A DNA stretch of 45,805 bases from a virus. Lineage: Duplodnaviria > Caudoviricetes. Below the pieces are notes generated by a model, which had not been told where the DNA came from, searched no databases, and saw only the letters and a program-made list of their open reading frames with translations. A program made the position numbers and the translations under genes. Shown piece after piece: positions 1 through 8,965 of this stretch; position 1 is the stretch's first letter, and each line of letters opens with the position of its first letter. The DNA lies in the IMG/VR virus record IMGVR_UViG_3300027971_002090, positions 1 through 45,805 of that record; one strand, 5' to 3'.

Positions 1-212
1 GTCCCCGTGTACTCACCCGTGACCCCACCACTGGTGACTCCCGAAGTGGTGATCTCCATGTACTTGGAGGAACTGTTGGTGTACGGGCGCACATGGAACC
101 GCGCAGTGTAGCCAGTCAGGTCTACGCGGTTGCCGTTCTCGTCATAGTACTCCACATGGAAGTTAAAGGTGGAGTACTGCTGTGCGTTGATGTCGTAGTA
201 CGCCGATGCCAT
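1..212 (-). CDS. Partial virion structural protein, beta-sandwich (BppU-N/LtfC-like); runs off the window edge
   Basis: Not in the ORF track; translated by hand from ATG at 212: MASAYYDINAQQYSTFNFHVEYYDENGNRVDLTGYTARFHVRPYTNSSSKYMEITTSGVTSGG... The pattern YDI..Q.STF...Y.D.NGN.VDLTGYTAR is typical of small phage baseplate/fibre adaptor proteins. Start overlaps the upstream stop (TAATG). Confidence 0.65.
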   Translation of the reverse strand, partial: MASAYYDINAQQYSTFNFHVEYYDENGNRVDLTGYTARFHVRPYTNSSSKYMEITTSGVTSGGVTGEYTG

Positions 213-349
213 TAGAGTGCCTTTGCCTTGTTGGCAGCGTTACGGGCGCGGTTCTGGCTTTTCCGTAGTGCTGCCGACTTGCGATTGCGGCGGGTCACAC
301 TGCTTGCAAAACCGCCCCGTCCCTTGCCGCTTGGTGAGTTTCTTGCCAT
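212..349 (-). CDS. 45-aa highly basic microprotein
   Basis: MARNSPSGKGRGGFASSVTRRNRKSAALRKSQNRARNAANKAKAL*. Fills the gap exactly, with TAATG stop/start overlaps at both ends (349 and 212). No acidic residues. Confidence 0.75.
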   Translation of the reverse strand: MARNSPSGKGRGGFASSVTRRNRKSAALRKSQNRARNAANKAKAL

Positions 350-1560
350 TACTTTCTCCGCTTCTTGAAAGTGTGCTGCTTTGGAGTATTTAGCACGGGA
401 ACAGGTGCGGCAGCAGCCTGCTGTGCCGCCATCATGCCCTGAATTCTTTCCACCTCTGCCATCTTTTCTGTGTAGGCAGCGTGGTTCTTTTGATTGCGCT
501 CCACCTCACTGGCAGGCAGGCGGTTCTGCTTCAGTAGCGTTTCACACGCAGCGTAGCCTATCTTGAAGTCATGCACATAGAACGCCGTAGCCGCAAGTTC
601 GTCCAGTGCCATCCACTTGTACACATTGGTGTCAATAAACAAGATGTCCTGCTGCGGATACGGCAACTGCGCGGCTTCCTTGGCAAACAGGTACGCTGCA
701 CGGGGGCGACCGTTCATGCGGAGGAATCGTGCAATGGCGTGTAGGGGTTCTGCGCGGCACGGACGGTAATCATATGCATCAAGGAACTTCTGCTGAACCA
801 CTGGCCAGGCAGAATCCTTTGAGATTTCGCAGAGCGCGATGCGGAACAGGGAGTAGTAGCACTCTTCTTCCCATCCACCCATCTCTACGCGCTTGTAATA
901 CGCTTCAATCGCTTTGTCCCACTGCTGCGAGTCAAAGTACGACTGCGCCAGATAGAACTGATAGCGAGAGTTCTCGGGTTCGGTCTTCAGGGCTTCAAGC
1001 AGAGTCTCCGCGTCCTTGGAGTATTTCTCTACCTGTGTAATGTTTACATTTCGCGCACCAAGTGTACGAGCCTCAAGCGCGTAGTCTCCTTCAATACGGA
1101 ACTGCATCAGCGGCTGCTTGTCGCAGTGCGCGTACTCGTGCAGCACACCAAGGTACTTCCAACCGATTCCCGTCTTGAAGATTTGGTTGCGCCACCACAC
1201 ACAGCCGTCACGACCGCACTTGAGCGCATATGCATCGTTCACGAGATTCTTGCCGTTGGGGTACTTGAAGTTTCCAACAATCTTGTCGTCTGCGTCAATC
1301 ATCCAAGCGTAGTCCGCCTTGCCATCACACAGCGCAAGGGCTTCGCTACGGTTGTAACCAAAGTTGATCCACGGACGCTCAATGAGTTCGCCAGGAATGC
1401 CCTTCTCCGCAAAGAAGTTGCGGATCAGGTCTTGGGTTCCATCGGTGGAGCCTGTGTCCACAATCACCCAGTAGTCGATGTGTTGCCACATTGAATTGAG
1501 GCATTCATGGATGATGTGCGTTTCGTTTTTGACGATCATTGAGAGGCATACTGTAGACAT
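349..1560 (-). CDS. Family-2 glycosyltransferase with C-terminal TPR-like repeats (GT2-TPR)
   Basis: N-terminal CLSMIVKNE...VIVDTGSTDGT, DADD (DxD) motif and GVLHE, followed by helical TPR-like segments (RYQFYLAQSYFD, AEPLHAIARF). SD AAGGAG upstream. Confidence 0.85.
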   Translation of the reverse strand: MSTVCLSMIVKNETHIIHECLNSMWQHIDYWVIVDTGSTDGTQDLIRNFFAEKGIPGELIERPWINFGYNRSEALALCDGKADYAWMIDADDKIVGNFKYPNGKNLVNDAYALKCGRDGCVWWRNQIFKTGIGWKYLGVLHEYAHCDKQPLMQFRIEGDYALEARTLGARNVNITQVEKYSKDAETLLEALKTEPENSRYQFYLAQSYFDSQQWDKAIEAYYKRVEMGGWEEECYYSLFRIALCEISKDSAWPVVQQKFLDAYDYRPCRAEPLHAIARFLRMNGRPRAAYLFAKEAAQLPYPQQDILFIDTNVYKWMALDELAATAFYVHDFKIGYAACETLLKQNRLPASEVERNQKNHAAYTEKMAEVERIQGMMAAQQAAAAPVPVLNTPKQHTFKKRRK

Positions 1561-1579
1561 TCACGATCTCCTTGTACGG

Positions 1580-2482
1580 TTATTTATGCTCGGCAATCCA
1601 GTCTTCAAGACGAACTTGGGCAGTCCATCCAAGATCAGTATTTGCTTTTGTTGCATCTGCTAGACTCAAACGCGATTCAGCGGGACGGGGTGGAAGAGTA
1701 ACAGTTTCCCCACCCATGAGAGCAGCGATTTCATTTATAGAGTAGTTCCTGCCAGTACCAATATTGTATATCTGACCCCACTGATGGTCTGCGGATTGAG
1801 TCATGGTTGCCGCTCGGATATTTGCTGCCACCACATCACCCACATAGGTGAAGTCGCGGCGTTGAGTGCCGTCACCCACAATCGTCATGGGTTCCCCTGC
1901 GGCTCGTTGACGCAGGAAAATGCCAATCACTGGCGCGTACTGACCACGCAGGGGCTGACGCTCTCCATACACATTAAAATATCGGAAGGTCACGGTTTCC
2001 ATACCGTAAAGCCGCGCATACATCTTGCACATTTCTTCACCCGCTACCTTGCTCACCGAATACGGATTCAGGCAATCCGTGGGCATGGTTTCAGACAGGG
2101 GAGGTGTATTCGCTATACCGTATGCTGCTGATGTGGACGAGTACACCACACGCTTCACGCGGCAGACACGGGCGCACTCTAGAACGGTTGCCGTACCAAT
2201 CATGTTGTTCTCGAAAGCCTTCAGCGGGTCTTCGATAGTTGGTTGTATACGCGCTTCTGCTGCAAGATGAAACACCGCATCCTGACCCTCATACAGTTTA
2301 CGAACCATCGTGTAGTCACGCACATCATAATTGTAGTTTTTAGCCAGTGGATTCCAATAGAACTTCTCGTTTGAATCTGATGATTCATTGTCAATCACGG
2401 TAACAGCATGACCATCTGCAATCAAGCGATCCACGAGAGTTGAACCAATAAATCCAGCACCACCAGTTACTAGCAAGTTCAT
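1580..2482 (-). CDS. NAD-dependent NDP-sugar epimerase/dehydratase (GalE/WbpP-like extended SDR)
   Basis: VTGGAGFIGS Rossmann motif, YSSTSAAYG, catalytic YSVSK (YxxxK), RYFNVYG, GDGTQRRDFTYV. Confidence 0.9.
   Translation of the reverse strand: MNLLVTGGAGFIGSTLVDRLIADGHAVTVIDNESSDSNEKFYWNPLAKNYNYDVRDYTMVRKLYEGQDAVFHLAAEARIQPTIEDPLKAFENNMIGTATVLECARVCRVKRVVYSSTSAAYGIANTPPLSETMPTDCLNPYSVSKVAGEEMCKMYARLYGMETVTFRYFNVYGERQPLRGQYAPVIGIFLRQRAAGEPMTIVGDGTQRRDFTYVGDVVAANIRAATMTQSADHQWGQIYNIGTGRNYSINEIAALMGGETVTLPPRPAESRLSLADATKANTDLGWTAQVRLEDWIAEHK
1581..1588 (-). promoter_or_regulatory. Putative T4-type late promoter (CATAAATA) upstream of the GT2-TPR gene
   Basis: ATAAATA overlapping the stop of the preceding gene, about 20 nt before the ATG at 1560. 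Resembles the T4 late consensus TATAAATA. Confidence 0.45.
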
Positions 2483-3810
2483 CAGTGTTTCTCCATGAAT
2501 GAATCCACAACTCCCTCTATGTAGTCCAACTGCTGATCGGTGATGATGGGACTCGCTCCAAGGAAGAAGGTATGTGTTGTTGCTTTGGTGGCATTAGGGA
2601 AGGACTTAACGGCATCAACACTGCTAAAACCAGAATATGCTGGCTGCAAAAGAATATTTCCTGCAAAGTAATTTCGTGTCTGAATCTTGTTCTCTTCAAG
2701 GAAGCCAGTAATATCGCTTCTCTTGAATCCTGCATTGTCACGAACTGTCATCGGAAAAGCAAACCACGCAGGATCAGCCCCATCCGTTGCCTTGGGAAGA
2801 ATGAACTTGTCTTCGTACTTTGAGAATATCTGAAAAAGACGAGAGTAATTGTGCTTTCTTCTCTCAATGATCCAATCCAACTTTTCCAATTGAACCAATC
2901 CCATAGATGCCTGTAGATCCAATGGCTTCAGATTGTATCCAATTTCCTCGTATACAAACTTGTGGTCAAAAATCTCATCAGGTAGAGAAGGCAACCAGTT
3001 GCTGAATCTCTTCTTACACATACCATTCTTTAGACAAGAAGCAGCCTTTCCAGAGCAATAGCATCCGCGACCCCATTCACGAAGACTCTTGACAATCATT
3101 TCCTGATCCTTTGTTCGCGTAGCAACAAATCCACCTTCACCCATCGTGATGTGGTGTGCAGGATAGAAGGAACAGGTTGCCATTTCTCCAAAAGAACCAA
3201 GAAGTTGACCCTTATAGGTGCTGCCAAGAGCATCACAACAGTCTTCCAACAGGATGAGATTGTACCGCTTCACGATGTCCATGACCGCATCCATGTTCGG
3301 GGGATTTCCAAGCACATGAGCAAACACCAATGCACTTGCTCCTGCTTTTGCAGCAGCCTCCAGTTGTTCAATATCAAGATTCAAAGTATTCAGTTCAATG
3401 TCAATGAAAACTGGTTCGTAACCATTCTGTATGATTGGATTGATAGTAGTGGGAAATCCTGCAACGGGTGTGATTATTTTAGATCCCTTTGGTAGATTCC
3501 AAAGTCGCTTTGAACTCAAAGCAGTAACCATCAATAGATTCGCACTAGATCCGCTGTTGGTCAGACAACCGTGATCCTTACCAAGACGAGAGCAAAACTT
3601 GTTTTCAAAACGGATTCCGTTCTCTCCCAAAGCAAGCCAGCCATTCAATAGACAATCTATGGAAGCAATGTACTCTTCATCAGTAAAATAGTTTCCAGCG
3701 TATTGAACCCAACTCTGACCAGGTATCCATTCCTTTTTGTTGCTGGCAAGACGAGCGCGGATGGCTGCATGAAGGTCTTCCGTGAGTTTAGCAATCGTCA
3801 AATCAATCAT
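2482..3810 (-). CDS. rfbH: CDP-4-keto-6-deoxyglucose 3-dehydratase (E1/DdhC/RfbH-like), PMP and Fe-S dependent
   Basis: NSGSSANLL, AGFPTTINP, FAHVLGNP, LEDCCDALG, SFYPAHHITMGEGG (His in place of the Schiff-base Lys) and a Cys cluster WGRGCYC...SCLKNGMC, all characteristic of E1. Confidence 0.85.
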   Translation of the reverse strand: MIDLTIAKLTEDLHAAIRARLASNKKEWIPGQSWVQYAGNYFTDEEYIASIDCLLNGWLALGENGIRFENKFCSRLGKDHGCLTNSGSSANLLMVTALSSKRLWNLPKGSKIITPVAGFPTTINPIIQNGYEPVFIDIELNTLNLDIEQLEAAAKAGASALVFAHVLGNPPNMDAVMDIVKRYNLILLEDCCDALGSTYKGQLLGSFGEMATCSFYPAHHITMGEGGFVATRTKDQEMIVKSLREWGRGCYCSGKAASCLKNGMCKKRFSNWLPSLPDEIFDHKFVYEEIGYNLKPLDLQASMGLVQLEKLDWIIERRKHNYSRLFQIFSKYEDKFILPKATDGADPAWFAFPMTVRDNAGFKRSDITGFLEENKIQTRNYFAGNILLQPAYSGFSSVDAVKSFPNATKATTHTFFLGASPIITDQQLDYIEGVVDSFMEKH

Positions 3811-4778
3811 TTCACAGTCTCCATGTTCATAAAGGTTTTGATGTTGTAGTATGCAGGATCGTTCATGTCTCGGAATGTGTCACGGTTATTGATGAGATCA
3901 ATCACTATGCTACGAAGATTGTTTTGCGGAACAAATCCAAGAACAGTTGCTGCTTTGTCACAGTTCACCTTGTAGTTACGGACATCTTTGACATTGTTGT
4001 TTACTATCGTTGGCTTCATATCAAGATGTTCCTGCATGGTCGCTTTCACAACATCGGCAATAACACCAACTGTGCAATTTTCAGATGCCACATTAAACAC
4101 ACCTGATATTCCCTGATCCGCTTCTATTGCCCGAATGTATGCTGCAACACAATCCTTAATTGAAAGAATCGGTCGCCAGATGGAAGGATTGCTCATGTTG
4201 ATTTGATTTGTGGTCAACGCTGATTTGAACATGGCATTAACTACAAGATCAAACCGCATTCGGGGACTGACCCCCGACACCGTTCCCTTACGCAAAGCAA
4301 TAACCGAAAAATCATCCGATGACAACTGAATGACGGATCTTTCTCCCTGTAGTTTAGAGATCCCATACGGATATACCGCAGTGGTTGGACCAGTCTCATC
4401 GTAAAACTCGTCAACTGCATAACCGTAAACAGAACAACTGCTAGCGTAAACCATTCTCTTCACGCCAGCCTTCTTTGCGATGTATGCTAGGTAGGCAGGA
4501 CTCGCGGAATTAGAAATGAAGTTCTTTGCAGGAGAGTAGTCTGCCATCGGATCGTTTGACAGACCCGCAATAAACACAACAGAATCGAATCCTTCTAGGT
4601 CTTTCTGATTAAGATCGAAAACATCTGCAACGCGAACCTTGCTCTTCAGGTGTTCGGGAAGATGGTTTCCAAACCACAGCAAGTCTACGATGGTCACATC
4701 ATATCCACGATCATGTAATTCAGAAGAAAGAAGTGTACCAATGTATCCAGCACCACCAACAACCATAATTTTAGACAT
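3807..4778 (-). CDS. NAD-dependent epimerase/dehydratase (SDR)
   Basis: VVGGAGYIG, ASSCSVYG, YGISK, LRKGTVSGVSPRMRFDLVVN. Start moved to ATG 4778 behind a GGAG SD. Confidence 0.85.
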   Translation of the reverse strand: MSKIMVVGGAGYIGTLLSSELHDRGYDVTIVDLLWFGNHLPEHLKSKVRVADVFDLNQKDLEGFDSVVFIAGLSNDPMADYSPAKNFISNSASPAYLAYIAKKAGVKRMVYASSCSVYGYAVDEFYDETGPTTAVYPYGISKLQGERSVIQLSSDDFSVIALRKGTVSGVSPRMRFDLVVNAMFKSALTTNQINMSNPSIWRPILSIKDCVAAYIRAIEADQGISGVFNVASENCTVGVIADVVKATMQEHLDMKPTIVNNNVKDVRNYKVNCDKAATVLGFVPQNNLRSIVIDLINNRDTFRDMNDPAYYNIKTFMNMETVK

Positions 4779-5007
4779 GATGTTCTCCATTTTTATCAGG
4801 GTTCACCAGAATTTTACCCCAAGAAATTCGATTCCAAATGCGCTCGTAGAAGTAATATACAAACAAACCAGTGATGTTCATGCAAACAGCATTCCATAAC
4901 GCGCTCCCCGTTATGGCAGCAGTCAGTATAGCAAAACTATTGACGGTTGCAATCAGTCTCCAAATTATAGATTTGGTCCAACTGCGTCTAGGTGTTTCTA
5001 TGTACAT
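4771..5007 (-). CDS. DUF2061-like small membrane protein
   Basis: ETPRRSWTKSIIWRLIAT...YYFYERIWNRISWG pattern with two hydrophobic stretches. Confidence 0.75.
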   Translation of the reverse strand: MYIETPRRSWTKSIIWRLIATVNSFAILTAAITGSALWNAVCMNITGLFVYYFYERIWNRISWGKILVNPDKNGEHHV

Positions 5008-5027
5008 TCAGATCCTTCACAAATAAT

Positions 5028-5846
5028 TCACAGCAAACGATCAACCGCTTGCATTGTATGTATGGAAGGCACATATCCATAGGAACGAAGTTTGTCTGTA
5101 TTTAAACACACATCAGTTACTTGAACAACTTTATGAAAATGAGGAGCATGAACAGATATCAATTCTGATGTCGAACCGATCTTGTCCTTGCAATATCTAA
5201 TCACTTCACCGATACTGACAGGCTGCGTGTTGCTGATATTGATGATCTCTTCTGTTGGAGAGTTTTTCAAACAGGTAGATATAGCCCTGCAAGCGTCATC
5301 CACATACATGAAGTCTCGTATGTTTGACCCGTTGTCATACAGTTTGACTGGTTCGTTCTTCTTTAAAAGACCTATCATGTACTGAAGTGCATTTCTTTGA
5401 GAGGAAACCTTGGGATCAGTTTCTCCGATTATGTTTGTCAGTCGGAGTATGCGATACTTCATCCCGAAGGTGTTGCAGTAACAAATCAACATTTGTTCCG
5501 CAGCCCGTTTGGTGATGGAATAGAATCCTCTAGGATCACAAACGGTCGTTTCTTTCGTGTCGAGTGTGCAGTTCATACCGTACACAAACCACGAACTGAC
5601 AAAATTGAAAACCGTATCAGGATCTTTCTTTCGGCACTCCTCAAGAACGCAGATCAACTTGGTCAGATTCGTGTCGATGTCCTCGTGAGGGTCGGTGAAT
5701 ATGTTGTAGTTGTGAGTAGTGCTTATGAAGTACAGGACTTCCGAAGAGGCAGGAGAATTTTGTTCCCGTGGAATAATCGCTGTGTCGGGAAACATTTCAC
5801 AAAAACGACTACCAACAAAACCACGACCACCGTATACACTAATCAT
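5028..5846 (-). CDS. NAD-dependent sugar epimerase/4-ketoreductase (SDR; possibly CDP-abequose/paratose synthase-like)
   Basis: VYGGRGFVG, SSWFVYG, FYSITK (YxxxK), RDFMYVDD. Start ATG 5846 overlaps the upstream stop (ATGA). Confidence 0.75.
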   Translation of the reverse strand: MISVYGGRGFVGSRFCEMFPDTAIIPREQNSPASSEVLYFISTTHNYNIFTDPHEDIDTNLTKLICVLEECRKKDPDTVFNFVSSWFVYGMNCTLDTKETTVCDPRGFYSITKRAAEQMLICYCNTFGMKYRILRLTNIIGETDPKVSSQRNALQYMIGLLKKNEPVKLYDNGSNIRDFMYVDDACRAISTCLKNSPTEEIINISNTQPVSIGEVIRYCKDKIGSTSELISVHAPHFHKVVQVTDVCLNTDKLRSYGYVPSIHTMQAVDRLL

Positions 5847-6535
5847 GCCACACCAAACTTTTCTTTCAGATCGTCCCGCCTCCAACCGCGCTCATCAATT
5901 ATATTTGGAACCACCAACGCTGGTTCAACTGATTTTCCTGTCAGTATAAAATACCATAACTGCTCAAACACCAAAGCCGCTCTCACATTATCCATGTCTG
6001 CTTGTTCCATCATGTATGTGTAGCAATTGCTGTAAAAAGAATAAGGATGCCGAAGAATACACTCTCGCTTGGTGATGAACTGACAACACATACTATGTTC
6101 AAGATATTTGGGTATATCTAGTCCAATTTTATTGCATATAAATTTGATGTTTTCCCACTGCTTAATATGTCCAGAATCTCCGCAGTTGTCATCGTGGAAT
6201 ATGTTTCTGAAGTACGAGTTGTTCAGGTTGAAATAATCGCTACCATCATAAGAGTCTATGGCTTCAATGATGGTTTTGTCCATGTGCCACGAATGGTTGT
6301 GACCGTGGCAAAACGCCACAAACTCTGGCAGGTTCTCGTAGTTGTCTAGTATAAACTTGTAGTATGACGAGTGATCCTGACCGCGATTGGGAACATACTC
6401 CAACTTTCGATAATGTACTCTTTGAGCAAGTGCCTCTTCTGGTTTTTTTGAGTACACCAGATAGTCGTACTTGGGTTGATTAATCAACCAAGACAGGTCT
6501 TCGTTGAAATGAGAAGAGATAATTAAAATATCCAT
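5843..6535 (-). CDS. DUF3431-like protein (possible glycan-related enzyme)
   Basis: SHFNEDLSWL, PNRGQDHSSYYKFILDNYENLPEFVAFCHGH..SWH, CCQFITKRECI, FEQLWYFI match the DUF3431 pattern. Confidence 0.7.
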   Translation of the reverse strand: MDILIISSHFNEDLSWLINQPKYDYLVYSKKPEEALAQRVHYRKLEYVPNRGQDHSSYYKFILDNYENLPEFVAFCHGHNHSWHMDKTIIEAIDSYDGSDYFNLNNSYFRNIFHDDNCGDSGHIKQWENIKFICNKIGLDIPKYLEHSMCCQFITKRECILRHPYSFYSNCYTYMMEQADMDNVRAALVFEQLWYFILTGKSVEPALVVPNIIDERGWRRDDLKEKFGVA

Positions 6536-6537
6536 GT

Positions 6538-7446
6538 TTATTTCCTTAATCTTTCATAGTTTTTCACAAAATATTCAATAGTGTTTGCTAACCCTGTATC
6601 AAGATCAGTAAACTTAAAGTCTGAAAAGTGTTTTCTAAACAAAGAGTTGTCTGTATTCTTTCTTAGTATTCCTTCTGCTTTTGTTGAATCAAAAAATACT
6701 GTGCCAGTAAATCCAATGTGTTTAACAATCAGTTCAACAACTTCAGCAATCGTATGAACATATCCTGGAGACACGATCATAAGAGAAGGGATATCTGTCA
6801 TGTGTTCAGTATGAATTTTTTTCAGAACCAAAGCCACATCATCTGCATACATGAACTCACGCTCTGCTTTCCCCGATCCCCAAACTACAAAATCGGTTCC
6901 ATTCTTTTTTGAGAGATAGCAACGATGGATCAGGCTAGGTATCACATGACCGTTTTCTAGATGATAGTTGTCATTCTTTCCGTACATATTACATGGGATA
7001 ATGCATGATGTCGTTATCCCATGTTGTTTTAGAAGACAACGAGATCCTACTTCTAGCATTCTCTTGGCATAAGCATATCCAAAGTTAGTGGAGTGAGGCT
7101 CTCCATCATTAATTCTGCCTTCAACCAAAGGAAGAGGAGCCTGATGGGGAAACACACAGGTAGACAAGAAAAATGTCGCCTTTTTAATGTTGTGTTCCTT
7201 GCAAGCCCGAACCACATTCGTGTTCATACGAATATTGTCCATGAAAAAATCGTACATGAAATCCGTGTTTGCCTTTACGCCTCCGACTGCACCAGCCGCA
7301 TGAATGATTTCATTCACTCCATTTTCGGAAATATAACGACTCAACTGATCATAGTCCGTGACATCCAACTCATGCCGCGTTGGTTTCAATCCAAAATCAA
7401 TCACCGAGCCAAGCATACCATGTCCGCCAAGTATCAGAGTACTCAC
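6538..7446 (-). CDS. GDP-4-keto-6-deoxymannose epimerase/reductase (GDP-fucose synthase Fcl or GDP-colitose synthase ColC-like)
   Basis: GGHGMLG, AVGGVKAN, LSTCVFP, YAYAKR, PCNMYG, HVIPSLI, VWGSGKAEREF. GTG start at 7446 overlaps the upstream TGA. Confidence 0.85.
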   Translation of the reverse strand: MSTLILGGHGMLGSVIDFGLKPTRHELDVTDYDQLSRYISENGVNEIIHAAGAVGGVKANTDFMYDFFMDNIRMNTNVVRACKEHNIKKATFFLSTCVFPHQAPLPLVEGRINDGEPHSTNFGYAYAKRMLEVGSRCLLKQHGITTSCIIPCNMYGKNDNYHLENGHVIPSLIHRCYLSKKNGTDFVVWGSGKAEREFMYADDVALVLKKIHTEHMTDIPSLMIVSPGYVHTIAEVVELIVKHIGFTGTVFFDSTKAEGILRKNTDNSLFRKHFSDFKFTDLDTGLANTIEYFVKNYERLRK

Positions 7447-8363
7447 GAGATCACCTCCAGTGTTTCGTTTGCAAGACCCCAATCCGAGTTGTTTGCTCGG
7501 AACTTAGGAGGCATCAGATATTCATTCATAATGGGCTGTTCTTTGCCTTCAAATGGCTCGTAATGATACAGGTGGAAGAACTTGATTCCAAAGTCTTCCA
7601 GATCCCCTCCGCAAACATACTTGCGATTCAGACGAAGGTGGAATTCGACATCCTGCCATCCCCAGTAACTCAAATTCTCCCACCAGCAAGTGCTGTCTTC
7701 AGCAATATCTCTATGCATGAGTGCTGCCATAGCACCACCTTGAAACGCATCAACATTCACCTTGTTGTGGCGAAGCATATGCTCATTCACAAAATTTGCT
7801 GCATCATTGGTTGGCTTGAGTGTTGTTTTGGTATCTATTACACAGGTCTTCAGAAACTCGTCCACATCGTGATACGATGCAGCATCCACATACCCGATAC
7901 GGGGAATGTGAAACCGAGATCCCTGATAGAACTTCTTTTCCTTCTTTTCGGAAAGACCCTTCACGAAATTGTATAGGTTTTCAATTTCTTCGTAAGGCAT
8001 GAAGCAATCCGAATCCCAAAAAATGATGTACTCGCCTTTGCTGTGGCGAAACGATGTATTGTAGGGATGAACGATTGAATACGATGCCTTGCCGTTATAC
8101 TTCTTTGTGATCTCTGTGGGCACATACACAAACTTCATGTTTGGATGCCGTTCCTTCACAAGAACATCGGAAATTTTTTCTTCACTACCCCAATCACACA
8201 CGATGACTTCAATATCATCTTTTCCTAGTCTGCGAAGGTTGTCAACCATCTTGTTCAACGAGAGTTCAAGACGCTTGCAGACTCCACCTTTTCCGTTTTC
8301 ATCAGCAGCGTAGTTGTCGTTTTTTCCACCGATCAGTATTGATAGTAGCATTTTATTCTCCAC
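7443..8363 (-). CDS. GT-A fold glycosyltransferase (GT2-like with GT7-type C-terminal motif)
   Basis: IEVIVCDWGS, KGEYIIFWDSD (DxD), YWGWQDVEF..RL (WGxED-like), FFHLYH. Confidence 0.75.
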   Translation of the reverse strand: MENKMLLSILIGGKNDNYAADENGKGGVCKRLELSLNKMVDNLRRLGKDDIEVIVCDWGSEEKISDVLVKERHPNMKFVYVPTEITKKYNGKASYSIVHPYNTSFRHSKGEYIIFWDSDCFMPYEEIENLYNFVKGLSEKKEKKFYQGSRFHIPRIGYVDAASYHDVDEFLKTCVIDTKTTLKPTNDAANFVNEHMLRHNKVNVDAFQGGAMAALMHRDIAEDSTCWWENLSYWGWQDVEFHLRLNRKYVCGGDLEDFGIKFFHLYHYEPFEGKEQPIMNEYLMPPKFRANNSDWGLANETLEVIS

Positions 8364-8943
8364 AAAAGTATGTGTGCAGTTCTGGTGTCTTTATGTACGC
8401 CCAACTGCTGTCTCGGAAAACACCATTCGGTTGGCTACCCCCAAACACTTCCACCAACGCCTTCTGAACAGTAGCCCATGTGATGTCGTGACCACAAATC
8501 ACACCATTAATCTTGACTTTAGGAATCCATGCAATGATATCCTTTTTCACAGCCTCGTATGAATGATCACCATCAATATACACAAAATCCAAAGACTGAT
8601 CAGAAACAGAGGCAACAAAATCAAGACTGTGTGCCTTGTTCTTTTTGATGTTGGGAAATCTCTTGCAGATAGAATCAAACACTCCCTCTGCTTCCTTTAG
8701 TTCCTCTGCCTGCTTGTCTAGATCGTATGTGGAATTGTCCTCCCGATACGAAACATAAGGATCGACAGAATTGATGGTTGCATTTGCAAAGCATCCGTTG
8801 ATGATCTGCGTCGAATCTCCACAGTAACTACCAATTTCTACAATATTTGGATCTTCCTTGTTTCCAAGATGATGCTTGACTGCATAGCACAACTCTTGCA
8901 ATCCTGTGGTCATGTCCCCGCCGCGCATTTGAACTAGTGGCAT
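8353..8943 (-). CDS. Class I SAM-dependent methyltransferase (Methyltransf_24-like)
   Basis: VEIGSYCGDS, SVDPY, DFVYIDGDHSYEAVKKDI, KINGVICGHD. Confidence 0.85.
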   Translation of the reverse strand: MPLVQMRGGDMTTGLQELCYAVKHHLGNKEDPNIVEIGSYCGDSTQIINGCFANATINSVDPYVSYREDNSTYDLDKQAEELKEAEGVFDSICKRFPNIKKNKAHSLDFVASVSDQSLDFVYIDGDHSYEAVKKDIIAWIPKVKINGVICGHDITWATVQKALVEVFGGSQPNGVFRDSSWAYIKTPELHTYFCGE

Positions 8944-8965
8944 AATGATTCTTTCTTTAGGTGAT

